DNA from: Mobula hypostoma
Lineage: Eukaryota
Length of the DNA: 64,000 nt
Direction: 5' to 3'
Assembly: GCF_963921235.1 (NCBI RefSeq)
Contig: NC_086097.1
Span: 224,814,001 to 224,878,000, forward strand
The notes beneath the pieces are model-generated. The model ran no database searches. It was not told the origin of the DNA and worked only from the letters and a program-made list of their open reading frames with translations. A program made the position numbers and the translations under genes. Shown here one piece after another: positions 62,460 through 64,000 of this stretch (positions are counted from its first letter, which is position 1; the number at the start of each line of letters is the position of its first letter).

Positions 62460-63872
62460 TAAGGCCATAAGACATAGGAGCAGAATTAGGCCATCTGGCC
62501 CATCGAGTCTGCTCCGCCATTCAATCATGGCTGATCCTCTTTTAAAAATCTCCTCCTCAAATTCGGTTCCACGACTTCTCCACATAAACCTTTTTTATTG
62601 CCATGTTCAATCAAGAACCTATCAACCTCTGCCTTAAATACACCTAATGACCTGACCTCCACAGCTGCATGTGGCAGCAAATTTCACAAATTCGCCATCC
62701 GTTGGCTAAAGAAATTTCTCTGCATCTCTTTTGAAAGGGTGCCCCTCTATCCTGAGGCTGTGCCCTCTTGTCCTAGACTCTCCCACCATGGGAAACAACC
62801 TTTCCACATCTACTCTGTCTAAGCCTTTCAACATTCGAAATGTTTCAATGAGATCCCCACTCATCCTTCTGAATCCCAGCGAGTACAGACCCAGAGCCAT
62901 CAAACGTCCCTTGTATGATAACCCTTTCATTCCTGGAATCATCCTTGTGAGCCTCCTTTGGACCCTCTCCAATGCCAGCACATTTCTTCTAAGATGACGG
63001 GCCCAAAACTGTTCACAATACTCAATACTCATCGAGTCTGGTCTGCCATTCCATTATGGCTGAGTTATAATCCCTCAGTCACATGTTCCTGCCTTCTCCC
63101 CATAATATTTGACACCCTGACTAATCAAGAACCTCTCTACCTTTGCTTTCTACAGCTGTACGTGGCAAAGAATTTCACAAATTCGCTACTGTCTGGCTAA
63201 AGAAATTCCTCCTCATTTCTGTTCTAAATCGATGTCCCTCTATTCTGAGGCTCTGCTCTCTGGTTCTAGATTCTCCACGAAAAGAAATATCTCCACATCC
63301 ACTCAATATCCAATGGGTTTCAATGAGATTCCTCCCTCATTCTTCTAAATTCCAGCGAGTACAGGACTAGAGCCATAAATAGTCCTAATTTATTAACCTT
63401 TTCATTCCTGGAATCAATCTTGTGAGCCTCCTCTGGATCCTCTCTAATACTAGTACATCTTTTAGATAAGCTGTCCAAAACTGCTCACAATACTTAAGTG
63501 CAGTCTGACCAATATCTTATAATGCTTCAACATTACATCGTTGCTTTTATATTCTATTCTTAAAATGAATGCTAAGACTGCATTTGCCTTCATTTACCTG
63601 CAGGTTAATCTTTAGGAAATCTTGCACAATGACTCCCAAGTCCCTTTGCACCTCTGATTCTTGAATTTTCTCTTCACTTAGAAAATAGTCTATGACTATT
63701 CCTTCCACTAAAGTGCATGCCTATACACATCCCTAAGATATATTCCACCTGCCACTTCTTTACTCATTCTCCTAATCTGTCTAAGCCGTTCTGCAGGCCC
63801 CCGACTACTTCAACACTACTTGACCCTCCCCCTATCTTCATATCATCGGCAAACTTGGCCACAAAGCCATCA
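62460..63872 (-). mobile_element. Two adjacent CR1 3' fragments
   Basis: ORF 62706-63032 (EYCEQFW..LERVQRR..LGLYSL..TRGH); a second copy begins at about 63030. Confidence 0.85.
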
Positions 63873-64000
63873 TATCCTTGGATATGATCTGCATTGCTCT
63901 AGAGACATGCTAAAACTGATCGGTTTCCTCCTGGAAAAATTGCCTTCCTTGATAGATGATAAAATATAGTTTAAAAAAAAAAGCCATTCCACTTCGGAAA

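Noticed and set aside
1..64000. tRNA, rRNA, snRNA genes or prokaryotic systems
   Set aside because: None recognised by eye; the SINE heads are too degraded to call as tRNA genes.

Overview
Eukaryotic, repeat-dominated genomic DNA. The repeat mix (CR1 LINEs with (CTATGTTT)n-type tails, Rex1/Babar LINEs, V-SINEs, many Penelope-like fragments) suggests a cartilaginous fish, probably a ray; this is an inference. No intact host protein-coding gene is recognisable. The long ORFs I can assign are retrotransposon or transposon remnants, or shadow frames of them. A CpG-rich island at about 56.2-57.5 kb has candidate first exons on both strands, suggesting a bidirectional promoter. The most notable system is a Penelope-like element (PLE) family with RT and GIY-YIG remnants. 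Its terminal repeat carries a minimal type-I hammerhead ribozyme with a palindromic ACGU stem III (best copy 49046-49083). It repeatedly inserted as asymmetric inverted repeats, four of five bounded by clear 13-18 bp target-site duplications (TSDs). Also present: two near-identical young CR1 copies in inverted orientation, a solo LTR with a 5-bp TSD, non-autonomous Harbinger, Tigger, hAT and Tc1 elements, bipartite non-autonomous LINE derivatives, and a 40-bp minisatellite split by two CR1 insertions. Family names come from recalled motifs, not database searches, and boundaries of old repeats are approximate.
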